Made by a program: the position numbers and the translations under genes. A stretch of 27,055 nucleotides of DNA, from NCBI GenBank assembly GCA_964359365.1, contig CAYHSQ010000001.1, forward strand, positions 1 to 27,055. The letters are read 5' to 3'. The DNA is from an uncultured Candidatus Saccharibacteria bacterium. Lineage in GTDB: Bacteria; Patescibacteriota; Minisyncoccia; UBA6257; UBA11618. Positions 16,271 to 24,571 of this stretch are shown here, piece after piece (the first letter of the stretch is position 1; each line of letters opens with the position of its first letter). Under the pieces are notes generated by a model, which saw nothing but the letters and a program-made list of their open reading frames with translations, was not told where the DNA came from and searched no databases.

Positions 16271-16398
16271 GTTTGTTATTAGCAGTTATCAATCTTACTT
16301 TCATTGATTTCGCGAGGAATCATGGTCGATGATAAGACGATGACTTGGCATGAAGTAAATAATATAAAAGTAAATTTGTCGTTTTGAATCATTTTACA

Positions 16399-19300
16399 AT
16401 GAAAAAAACAATTTCTAAGATTACGTCCATTGCGCTTACTGCTTCAACAGTAGCTTGGATTGCTTCTGCTTCTTTTGCTCCTTTGGCTTTTGCTGAAGGT
16501 ACAGCTGAAGTGAGTCAATTACAGGCCTTGATTGCGCAATTGACTTCTCAATTATCTACGCTACAAGGTGGTGCAACAACTACCACTGCGATGACTGGTT
16601 CTTCTATGTGGCCAGCTGGTATTCCAGCCGGTTTTCGTTTCACTAAGACCCTCACTCTTGGTGCTCGATCTGAAGAAGCTACTAATTTGCAGAGGTTTTT
16701 AAATGCTGTTAATCCAGCTTTAGCTTTACCAACCACAGGTTATTTTGGTCCTATGACTAAGAAAGCTGTGATGTGGTATCAGGATGCTAATGCGTCTGAC
16801 GTATTAGCTCCAGCCGGTTTGTCTAAGAGCACAGGTTTCTGGGGTTCCTTAAGCAGAGCGAAGGCCAATGCGACCTTAGCTTCTTGGGAAATGCCAGTTC
16901 CTACAACTCCTAGCACGACCACTACAACTGTTCCAACTACAACTACAACCACCACCACAACTACTGGTAGTTCTACCCCAGTGGGTCAGACTTCTACTGT
17001 TGATGGCTTGATGGTTTCTTTGGATGCTAGAACTCCAGTTTCTTCTAATGTTCCTAAGGGTGCCGCAGGTATTCCTTTCTTGAGCATTTCAGTTTCTGGT
17101 AACGGTACTCTAAATGCTTTGACATTTAAGAGAACTGGTTTGGGTTCCTCCGCTGACTTCGCTACCGTCAACTTATATGATGGTGGTTACAGATTAACTT
17201 CTGGTAGAAGCGTGAACTCCACTACTAACGAAGTTTCCTTTACTGGCTTAAACTGGAAGATTATGGGTTCTAAGGTTTTGACCTTGGTAGCCGATATCTC
17301 TTCTTCTGTTTCCTCTGGTAACATTGACGCCTTCAATTTGGTGGCTGTTAATGGCACAGTCCTCGCGATGCCTATCAATGGTAACTCGATGGCTTTTGCT
17401 GGTTCTACCGTAGGTGGTATTACCGTCACTATGACTGGTGATGGTTCTGATAATGGTTCTATCTCTAACCCAACAGTGGGTCAGACTAGTGCTCAATTAG
17501 GTGAATTAAAGTTGCAAGCCAACTCCGTTGAAGATTTATGGGTGAAGAGAATAGTTTTGTACAATGTTGGTACAATGAACTCTTCTAACATTAGTAACTT
17601 AATGTTGAAGCAAGCTGGTACTTTAGTGGCTAAGTCCGCTGGTACTGCTGGCCGAGACTTATTTGTCTTCGACTTCGACCAACCTTATAGCTTGTTGAAG
17701 GGTCAGCAAAGGACTTTCCAGGTTTACGGTGATATCAGTGCTTTAGCTAGAGCGGCTGAAACTGTTAAGTTCTCCATAGACAACACATCTGATGTGTTTG
17801 CTACTGGTGCTACTTATGGTTACGGTGCGGCTGTAACTAACAGCGCTTCTTCTTCAGTGGCCAACGTATTAACTTTGCGTGGTGCTGAAGTAACTTTGAG
17901 CTTCAATGGTCCTATTACTAGGGACATCGCTCAGAGAGCCCAAAATGTAACTTTATTTGATTTCTCTATTGCTTCTAAGAACAATATTGAAGTGAAGAAG
18001 TTAAACTTTGTGGTTGATTTGACTAACATGAACACAACTAGCGCAGAAGGTTTGGACAACTTTAAGGTTGTCGATGCTACCACTGGTGCGGCTGTGACCT
18101 CTTCTGTTGATTTGCAACACGGTGTTGCGACAACTGTGGGTGGTGCGGCTTTGACTCCAAACGGTAACAGCTCTAACACCTTCTCTTTCAACGACTCGAT
18201 TAACGTCGCAGCCGGTGAAACTAGAAAGTTCTTGGTAACTGCTAACGTTAACTCTTTAGTGGCTGGTGGTAACGAGACTGCTAAGGTAACCCTTGGTACT
18301 TTCGGATCTACTGACATTAAGAACTTGGATAACAATCAATTCGTAACCGTTTCTACAGATTTAGTGCCTAACAGCACGATCGTGGGTAACGTACAATCCG
18401 TTAAGACCGTTGGTTTGACCGTTTCTTTAAACGCCAGCCCAGCTTCTCACACGATTGTTAAGGGTTCTGCAAATGAACCTTTGTTAGGTTTGAACTTCCA
18501 GGCGACTAATGGTGAAGTTAGAATCAATAATATGACTCTAACCGCCGATGCTTCTACTGGTACCGATGCTCAATTAAGAAATGACTTGAGAACTCTTGGT
18601 ATCTATGGATCCAATGGTAGCTTAGTGGGTAATTCCACCAAGCAAAACTTGACCTCCTCTTCCGCTGTATCTGTCGCCACTTTTAACAACTTAAACTTAG
18701 TTGTTCCTAATGGTCAGACTATTACTGTTTGGGTAAAGGCGGATCAAATTTCGACCGATGCGACTACCTCCAATGTTTACTTTGTTTACTTAGCCGATAT
18801 GTCTGCTGATATTTCAGCGACTGACGTTGATGGTAACAATTTGACATTGTCTGGTTCCGTTAACGCCACTCCAACTACTGCTGTGACTGTTAACGCTCCT
18901 CTTATCCAGGTTGTAGCTGTGAACGATCAAGACACCGAAGCTGCTATTGTGGCTGCTAATGGTGAAAGATTGTTAGCAAAGTTTGATTTCTTTGCTACTA
19001 ACTCTGATTCTCAGGTCAATAAGTTGCAAGTTGGTTTGGATGATGACAGCACCGCTGGCGACGATCCAGCTGCTACTCCTTTAGCTGCTTTAACAAAGGC
19101 GGTTAGAGAAATCAGATTGTACTCTGGCGATACTTTGATTGCGACTGGTATTCCTGCCGCTTCTGGCACTGATGCTGGTACTTTCAGATTCGAAAATGCT
19201 AGTGGTTTGTTCACTGTCCCTGCTAATCAAACAAAGCAGATTCAGGTCCGAGGCTTGTTAGGTGATATCACCGGTGTAACTGGTAGCGCGACTACTGGTA

Positions 19301-19965
19301 CTTCGATTTTCGCCAAGATAGCTTCTGCTAACTTTGAATCTGTTTCTGGAACTACAAAGTTAACTACGTTAACTAACACTCCAGTAATTGGCAGCTTGAA
19401 GAGAATGTACCGAACTATTCCTACTGTTACAGTATCTAATCCTTCTTCTTCCGTGCTCACCGTTGGTGAAAACGAAGTGTTGAAGTTTACGATTGCGGCT
19501 GATCAAAATGGTGACTTAGATGTTTCTAAGGTAGCCTTCAATGTTTCAGCTTCTACTAGCGTAACTATAGGTGATACTGAGACTACAGATTTGAAGGTCA
19601 GAACTTCTTCTGGTGATGTGTCTTTGAACACTACCGATTCAAACATTAGCGCCACTACTGGTACTATTGTTGTAGGTGTGATCTTTACCACCCCAGAAAG
19701 AATTGCTGCCGGCACTTCTAAGACTTACAGCTTGTACTTGAACGTTACCGCTGTTCCTGCTGGTTCTGGTTCTCTCTCTGCGAGAGTGGCTCGAGCCGAA
19801 ACGGACGTAGTAACTCCAGCGGCTGTGTCTGGTCTTTATGCGGCTAATAGCTTTGTATGGAGTGATCGTGGCGTACAGCCTCACACAACCAGCACTGCTG
19901 ATTGGCACAACGGTTTCTATGTGAAGACTTTACCTTCGTCTACAAAGGCGTTGAGCAAGTCCTAA
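16399..19965 (+). CDS. Large S-layer-like surface protein with PG-binding domain and tandem beta-sandwich repeats (1188 aa)
   Basis: Signal peptide ending LAFA; short coiled coil; PG_binding_1-like segment (LQRFLN...TGYFGPMTKKAVMWYQ); Thr-rich linker; about 6 Thr/Ser/Asn/Val-rich beta repeats; codon usage unlike neighbours. Confidence 0.85.
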   Translation: MKKTISKITSIALTASTVAWIASASFAPLAFAEGTAEVSQLQALIAQLTSQLSTLQGGATTTTAMTGSSMWPAGIPAGFRFTKTLTLGARSEEATNLQRFLNAVNPALALPTTGYFGPMTKKAVMWYQDANASDVLAPAGLSKSTGFWGSLSRAKANATLASWEMPVPTTPSTTTTTVPTTTTTTTTTTGSSTPVGQTSTVDGLMVSLDARTPVSSNVPKGAAGIPFLSISVSGNGTLNALTFKRTGLGSSADFATVNLYDGGYRLTSGRSVNSTTNEVSFTGLNWKIMGSKVLTLVADISSSVSSGNIDAFNLVAVNGTVLAMPINGNSMAFAGSTVGGITVTMTGDGSDNGSISNPTVGQTSAQLGELKLQANSVEDLWVKRIVLYNVGTMNSSNISNLMLKQAGTLVAKSAGTAGRDLFVFDFDQPYSLLKGQQRTFQVYGDISALARAAETVKFSIDNTSDVFATGATYGYGAAVTNSASSSVANVLTLRGAEVTLSFNGPITRDIAQRAQNVTLFDFSIASKNNIEVKKLNFVVDLTNMNTTSAEGLDNFKVVDATTGAAVTSSVDLQHGVATTVGGAALTPNGNSSNTFSFNDSINVAAGETRKFLVTANVNSLVAGGNETAKVTLGTFGSTDIKNLDNNQFVTVSTDLVPNSTIVGNVQSVKTVGLTVSLNASPASHTIVKGSANEPLLGLNFQATNGEVRINNMTLTADASTGTDAQLRNDLRTLGIYGSNGSLVGNSTKQNLTSSSAVSVATFNNLNLVVPNGQTITVWVKADQISTDATTSNVYFVYLADMSADISATDVDGNNLTLSGSVNATPTTAVTVNAPLIQVVAVNDQDTEAAIVAANGERLLAKFDFFATNSDSQVNKLQVGLDDDSTAGDDPAATPLAALTKAVREIRLYSGDTLIATGIPAASGTDAGTFRFENASGLFTVPANQTKQIQVRGLLGDITGVTGSATTGTSIFAKIASANFESVSGTTKLTTLTNTPVIGSLKRMYRTIPTVTVSNPSSSVLTVGENEVLKFTIAADQNGDLDVSKVAFNVSASTSVTIGDTETTDLKVRTSSGDVSLNTTDSNISATTGTIVVGVIFTTPERIAAGTSKTYSLYLNVTAVPAGSGSLSARVARAETDVVTPAAVSGLYAANSFVWSDRGVQPHTTSTADWHNGFYVKTLPSSTKALSKS
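16900..16965 (+). repeat. Low-complexity ACN codon run encoding a poly-Thr linker
   Basis: PTTPSTTTTTVPTTTTTTTTTTG. Confidence 0.8.
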
Positions 19966-19990
19966 ACTAGGATACTGTTACTGCATAAGT

Positions 19991-20027
19991 ACGAAGGGAG
20001 CCCCCGAAAGGGGGCTCTTTTCGTTTT
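19991..20027 (+). terminator. Strong intrinsic terminator
   Basis: GAGCCCCC-GAAA-GGGGGCTC followed by TTTT. Confidence 0.9.
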
Positions 20028-20047
20028 AAAATATTTGGTTTTTGTTT

Positions 20048-20083
20048 TTATCCACAAGTGGAATATTTAACTTTTGTTATACT
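20048..20083 (+). promoter_or_regulatory. DnaA box plus extended -10; probable leaderless promoter
   Basis: TTATCCACA at 20048-20056; TGtTATACT at 20075-20083; 6 nt to GTG 20090. Confidence 0.45.
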
Positions 20084-20089
20084 GAATAG

Positions 20090-20620
20090 GTGAAGGTTTT
20101 GTTTCATAAAAAAACTTGGACGGTTGTGTTGCTTATAAGCTTTTATTTGATTTTGATTTATGTTTGGCGGACGAGTAATTTTGGGTTTGATAAATTGAAA
20201 GATAATGCAGTGGATAATTTTTCTGGATTTTGGGGGATGTGTCGTTCTGGTAGCTTTGTTGATGAATTAGCCAGTCGTGGGAAGGGGAATGCTCCCGAGC
20301 TTAATTATATTGAGCAGGTTAGTCGGTTAGTAATGGTGCAACAAGTTAATTCGCCTGTGGTAGGAATTTTTACTAAAGAATATGCATTAGAGGACCATGA
20401 TCCCGGGGTTTTAGAGATGCAGCGTTGTTTAAATAAATTGGGATTTTTAATTGCTAAAAGTGGACTAGGATCGATGGGTCAGGAGACAGATAAATACGGC
20501 TTGGGAACGGCCGATGCTTTAAAGAGATTTCAAAGATCTAATAATTTAATTTGTAAATTAGGAGTGCCGGATTTGGTGACGAGGGAGGCGTTAAATAAAG
20601 CATGCGGGGAGGTGAGGTAA
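20090..20620 (+). CDS. Membrane-anchored peptidoglycan-binding-domain protein
   Basis: N-terminal TM helix; VLEMQRCLNKLGF...YGLGTADALKRFQ...TREALN resembles PG_binding_1. Confidence 0.8.
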   Translation: MKVLFHKKTWTVVLLISFYLILIYVWRTSNFGFDKLKDNAVDNFSGFWGMCRSGSFVDELASRGKGNAPELNYIEQVSRLVMVQQVNSPVVGIFTKEYALEDHDPGVLEMQRCLNKLGFLIAKSGLGSMGQETDKYGLGTADALKRFQRSNNLICKLGVPDLVTREALNKACGEVR

Positions 20621-20644
20621 TTAGAGTAATGAATTTATTTTATA

Positions 20645-20674
20645 AAAAAGACCAGCAATATCGCTGGTCTTTTT
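20645..20674. terminator. Bidirectional terminator
   Basis: AAAAAGACCAGC-aatatc-GCTGGTCTTTTT between convergent genes. Confidence 0.85.
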
Positions 20675-20679
20675 GATTT

Positions 20680-21249
20680 TTAATATAAAGCCACTGAGCT
20701 GTAACGAACTATAAGAAGAGAATGGGGATTAACTTCTAATGAAGGCTTAGTTTTCCAAAATAATTCGGGGGAGATAAAGAATGAGGAGTGATTGGGAACG
20801 AGAGGTTCGATGAGGGATTCAGGAACTGGGATGAAGGGATTAGTTCGGAAAGTATCGCTTAAATCTTTTGGGAGGATGTTAAGGGGTTGAACTTTTTCTT
20901 TGGCGTTTAAAACTATTACTAGTGTAGTGTGATTGGGATTATCTTCTATGCCTAAAAAAGGAGCGATGCCAGAATGATAAAAGTCATTTGATTGGACAAG
21001 ACAAGACTGATCAACGAATTGTATTTCTATTTTATGATCAGCGTCAGAGTCGGTGGTTAAGATTAAGCCAACCGAGCTCATGATATCTTTGCTCGTTAGG
21101 AGTTTCATTAAGGAGCTCGATTGATTTGGCTTAGTCCTTAGATAGTTATTATTTAGGGCTAACTCAGCTAATCTAAATTGTCTGGGATGAGCCAGACCTT
21201 CTTCTAAAACTAGGTAGCCTTGCTCGCGGTAGGTGTGTAAATTGCTCAT
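20680..21249 (-). CDS. Hypothetical protein, possibly a degenerate PhyH-like jelly-roll
   Basis: 189-aa ORF filling the gap; YREQGYLVL at the N-terminus and LLIVRY at the C-terminus. Confidence 0.65.
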   Translation of the reverse strand: MSNLHTYREQGYLVLEEGLAHPRQFRLAELALNNNYLRTKPNQSSSLMKLLTSKDIMSSVGLILTTDSDADHKIEIQFVDQSCLVQSNDFYHSGIAPFLGIEDNPNHTTLVIVLNAKEKVQPLNILPKDLSDTFRTNPFIPVPESLIEPLVPNHSSFFISPELFWKTKPSLEVNPHSLLIVRYSSVALY

Positions 21250-21323
21250 TCTGGCCTCTTTTTGGGGGTTAGAATCAAGGTTCTGGGGGTTATTGTAGCT
21301 TAGCTCAAAAAGGCTTAAAACTG

Positions 21324-21352
21324 TTTACTTAAGCTAGATCCTATGGTATAAT
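21324..21352 (+). promoter_or_regulatory. Sigma70 promoter with very short leader
   Basis: TTTACT-17 nt-TATAAT with TG extension; 9 nt to ATG 21362. Confidence 0.65.
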
Positions 21353-21361
21353 AGGCTAGAT

Positions 21362-22693
21362 ATGAATACATTTAAAAAAGCTAGGTTTTCCGTGCTTTTT
21401 ATAGTGATTTTTGCAACTTTTAGCTTTTCTTCCATTGTCCATGCGGCTTCAAAAACCATTGTGACGGGGCGGGATTTGGGGGTGGAAAGCGCTGGTTTAT
21501 TGCCGTCTAATCCTTTTTATTTCATTAAGGATTGGTCTCGAGGGTTTAAGAGAGGGTTCGTGTTTGATGGGCTCAAAAAAGCTCAGTCTGAGCAGGACAC
21601 TTTGAACGAGATTGGGGCTGAATTTAGTAAGTTGAGCTTTGTGATCAAGGATAATAATTTGGTGTTTGGTGGGGCTTTAAAGAGTTATTCTGATGGAGTT
21701 GATCGGTTGACGGATCTTTTGCCAACTCTAGATAAAAAGAATCCTTTAGGGGATAAGTTTTTGGGTAAGTTGGTATTTGATTTGGTTAATCAGATTCAAT
21801 TGTTTGATGAGCTTAGCTCGAGAGTGAGCGAGTCTGAAAAGGTGGTTTTTAACGAAACGATTGCAGCGCAGGTGAAATTATTGGGGGTAGCGATTGGTAA
21901 TCTTTCTCAAATAGATGATGTGAGAATAAGATTTGGTGTGACGCTCGATAAGATGCAGGTTTTGAAGTTGTTGCGTCAGGCGGAAATTATTGAAAAGGTG
22001 CAAGATGTTTTAGGTGCCCCAGCTTATAAGTTAAATCGTATTAAGCAGGATTTATTAGTGGAGGTGGCGGCTCGGTTGTCGGCTTCCAATATTTTGCCTG
22101 AAGATATTATTGGTTTGAATGGGGATGTTTTAGTGAGATTGCGAGTAATAGAAAACATTAGATTGAAAGTAATGGATCCAAAGGCGAGCGAATATTTGGA
22201 TGGCTTGAGAGAAAGTTTGATTAAGAGCCTTAATCTGGATAAGGATGGTTCGGTGGGTTTTTTAGAATTAGCTAATAAAAAGATCCAAACTTTGAAAGCG
22301 GATATTTTGTTACAAGATAAGAATGCTTCGGTGATGCGTTTAATTGGTCAGGCGGATGCAAGTTTAAGTGAGGCCGCTAAAATGTATAACAATAAGCAGT
22401 ACAATGAAGCTGCGGTTCAGATTTTGGGTGGTTTGAATTCTATTGATTTGGCTAATTATTATTTGTTTTCTCAATATGATTATAAAAATGAATTAGTTTG
22501 GCTTGATCAAAATTTAACAGAGCTTCGGAGGAATAAGGAAAAAAGCTTTCTTTTGCCGGTGCTTGATAGGCGATTGGATTTAATGAAAAAGATTATAGCT
22601 AGCGGGGCGACATTTCCGGACGGTGACATGGAGAATTTGATTTTGGAAGTGAAGTTTTTACTTGTGAATTTGAAGTTGGAGGTTAGTAAGTAG
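21362..22693 (+). CDS. Secreted helical DUF5667-like protein
   Basis: Signal peptide ending VHA; AGLLPSNPFYFIKD motif; predominantly helical composition. Confidence 0.75.
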   Translation: MNTFKKARFSVLFIVIFATFSFSSIVHAASKTIVTGRDLGVESAGLLPSNPFYFIKDWSRGFKRGFVFDGLKKAQSEQDTLNEIGAEFSKLSFVIKDNNLVFGGALKSYSDGVDRLTDLLPTLDKKNPLGDKFLGKLVFDLVNQIQLFDELSSRVSESEKVVFNETIAAQVKLLGVAIGNLSQIDDVRIRFGVTLDKMQVLKLLRQAEIIEKVQDVLGAPAYKLNRIKQDLLVEVAARLSASNILPEDIIGLNGDVLVRLRVIENIRLKVMDPKASEYLDGLRESLIKSLNLDKDGSVGFLELANKKIQTLKADILLQDKNASVMRLIGQADASLSEAAKMYNNKQYNEAAVQILGGLNSIDLANYYLFSQYDYKNELVWLDQNLTELRRNKEKSFLLPVLDRRLDLMKKIIASGATFPDGDMENLILEVKFLLVNLKLEVSK

Positions 22694-22700
22694 GTCTATG

Positions 22701-22744
22701 AAATAACAAAAACACCCTTTTCTAAAAGGGTGTTTTTGTTATTT
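22701..22744. terminator. Perfect 21-bp inverted repeat / terminator
   Basis: AAATAACAAAAACACCCTTTT-ct-AAAAGGGTGTTTTTGTTATTT. Confidence 0.85.
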
Positions 22745-22759
22745 TGACTATACTAAGCC

Positions 22760-22768
22760 TGCTATAAT
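22760..22768 (+). promoter_or_regulatory. Extended -10 promoter of alaS
   Basis: TGcTATAAT, 16 nt upstream of ATG 22785; no SD. Confidence 0.55.
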
Positions 22769-22784
22769 GTGATATATTCCAACA

Positions 22785-24524
22785 ATGAATCAAGAAGAGG
22801 TGGTGGGAAAATTTGTGAAATTTTTTGAGAGTACTGGGCATAAATTAGTGCCTTCTTCGTCTTTGTTACCACCTGATCCGTCGGTGTTATTAACTGCGGC
22901 TGGGATGCAGCAGTTTAAACCTTATTATACTTTTGAATTAGATCCGTTGCGGGATTTTGGGGCGGCACGAGTGATCTCGGTGCAAAAGTGTTTTAGAACT
23001 TCTGATATTGAGGAGGTGGGTGACGCTACACACTGCACGTTTTTTGAAATGTTGGGTAATTTTTCTTTTGGCGATTATTTTCGAGAAGAGGCGATTGCTT
23101 GGGCTTATAAATTTATTACAGAAGAATTAGGTGTGAGTTTAGACCGAATGTATGTGACGGTGTTTGAGGGTGAGGGCGCGGTGCCGAAGGATGAGGCGTC
23201 TTATGATATTTGGAAAAAGCTGGGGATGCCAGAAGAAAAAATTAAGTGGTCAGGGATGGCGGATAATTTTTGGGGGCCAACAGGAAAGGAGGGGCCGTGT
23301 GGACCAACGACTGAGATTTATGTAGATGGAGTAGAGGTGTGGAATGTGGTATTTAATGAATATTATTCTAGTGGTTCGAGGGAAGAGTTGTTGGCTTTGA
23401 AGGTGAAATTGGAAAAATTAGCAAAGCCGGGGATTGATACAGGGATGGGGCTTGAGAGATTGCTTATGACCTTGAATGGTTATAAGAATGTTTATGAGAC
23501 GGATGTGCTTTTTGGATTATTTGATTTAGGACTGAAGGCTGGTTTGAGTGAGAGACGGGCGAGATTATTTGCCGATCATTTGCGGTCATCTAGTTTTTTA
23601 ATTAGTGATTCGATACGACCAAGTAACCGAGAAGCGGGTTATATTTTGCGTCGGTTGTTGCGTCGCATGCTGGCGGATAATTTGAGCGAGGAGATTTTGC
23701 AAAAAGGGGTGACTTGGGTGGTTGAGAAATATGGTGTAACTTATCCGAATTTAAAAAATGAAGAAATTTTGGCTGTGATTTTGGAAGAGAAGAAAAAATT
23801 TGAGAAGGTTATTCATAATGGTTTAAAGGAGCTTGGAAAATTGGACAGGGTAAATATTGAGATGGCATTTAAGCTTTACGAAAGCCATGGTCTGCCTTTT
23901 GATTTGATTATGGATTTTGTGCCGGAGGGGAGGCGGGAGGGTTTGAGTTATGGGGCTTTTGAAGAGAGATTTAAAAAACATCAGGAGGCTTCGCGAGCGG
24001 GGGCGGAGAAGAAATTTGGGGGGCATGGCTTGGTTTTAGATACTGGAGAATTGAAGGCGGGGAGCGAGGCGGATTTGGTGAAGGTGACACGACTTCATAC
24101 CGCGACACATTTGTTGCAAGCGGCTTTGCGAAAGGTTTTGGGAGATACTGTGAGTCAGAAGGGGTCGGATATTACGGTGGATCGCGCGCGCTTTGATTTT
24201 GGGTTTGAAAGAAAATTAACGGAGGAAGAAATTAAAAAGGTGGAGGTGTGGGTGAATGAAAAAATTGCCTTGGCCTTGCCAGTAAAATTTGTTAAGATGC
24301 CGCTAGAAGAGGCTAAGAAAACTGGTGCTTTGTTTTTCTTTAAGGAAAAATATCCAAGTGAGGTGAATGTTTATTTTGTGGGTGAAAGTCTGGAAAAGGC
24401 GGTGTCCTCGGAATTTTGTGGGGGGCCTCACGTGAAAAATACGAGTGAGATTGGCACTTTTAAAATTTTGAAAGATGAGGGGGTTGGGGCAGGAATGCGC
24501 AGGATAAGGATTAATGTTTTCTAG
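22785..24524 (+). CDS. alaS: Alanine--tRNA ligase, short form lacking the C-Ala domain
   Basis: AGMQQFKP, QKCFR, TFFEMLGNFSFGDYF and IDTGMGLERL; editing motifs HTATH and CGGPH; ends right after the editing domain (579 aa). Confidence 0.97.
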   Translation: MNQEEVVGKFVKFFESTGHKLVPSSSLLPPDPSVLLTAAGMQQFKPYYTFELDPLRDFGAARVISVQKCFRTSDIEEVGDATHCTFFEMLGNFSFGDYFREEAIAWAYKFITEELGVSLDRMYVTVFEGEGAVPKDEASYDIWKKLGMPEEKIKWSGMADNFWGPTGKEGPCGPTTEIYVDGVEVWNVVFNEYYSSGSREELLALKVKLEKLAKPGIDTGMGLERLLMTLNGYKNVYETDVLFGLFDLGLKAGLSERRARLFADHLRSSSFLISDSIRPSNREAGYILRRLLRRMLADNLSEEILQKGVTWVVEKYGVTYPNLKNEEILAVILEEKKKFEKVIHNGLKELGKLDRVNIEMAFKLYESHGLPFDLIMDFVPEGRREGLSYGAFEERFKKHQEASRAGAEKKFGGHGLVLDTGELKAGSEADLVKVTRLHTATHLLQAALRKVLGDTVSQKGSDITVDRARFDFGFERKLTEEEIKKVEVWVNEKIALALPVKFVKMPLEEAKKTGALFFFKEKYPSEVNVYFVGESLEKAVSSEFCGGPHVKNTSEIGTFKILKDEGVGAGMRRIRINVF

Positions 24525-24538
24525 GGCTCTTGGAAAGG

Positions 24539-24562
24539 CTTGCCCTGAGCAAAGCCGAAGGG
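24539..24562. repeat. REP-like element CTTGCCCTGAGCAAAGCCGAAGGG
   Basis: Resembles the dispersed CCCTGAGC-N4-GTCGAAGGG repeat class; recognised by pattern only. Confidence 0.55.
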
Positions 24563-24571
24563 AGATTTGTC

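Noticed and set aside
16900-16965. ACTACA/ACC repeats as a CRISPR array or VNTR
   Set aside because: In-frame Thr codons without a repeat-spacer structure; no cas genes.
16548-19908. Many minus-strand ORFs within the S-layer-like gene
   Set aside because: Antisense shadows caused by biased codon usage.
24530-24571. TTG start extension MERLALSKAEGRFV
   Set aside because: It is translated repeat-element sequence; ATG 24572 has the SD.
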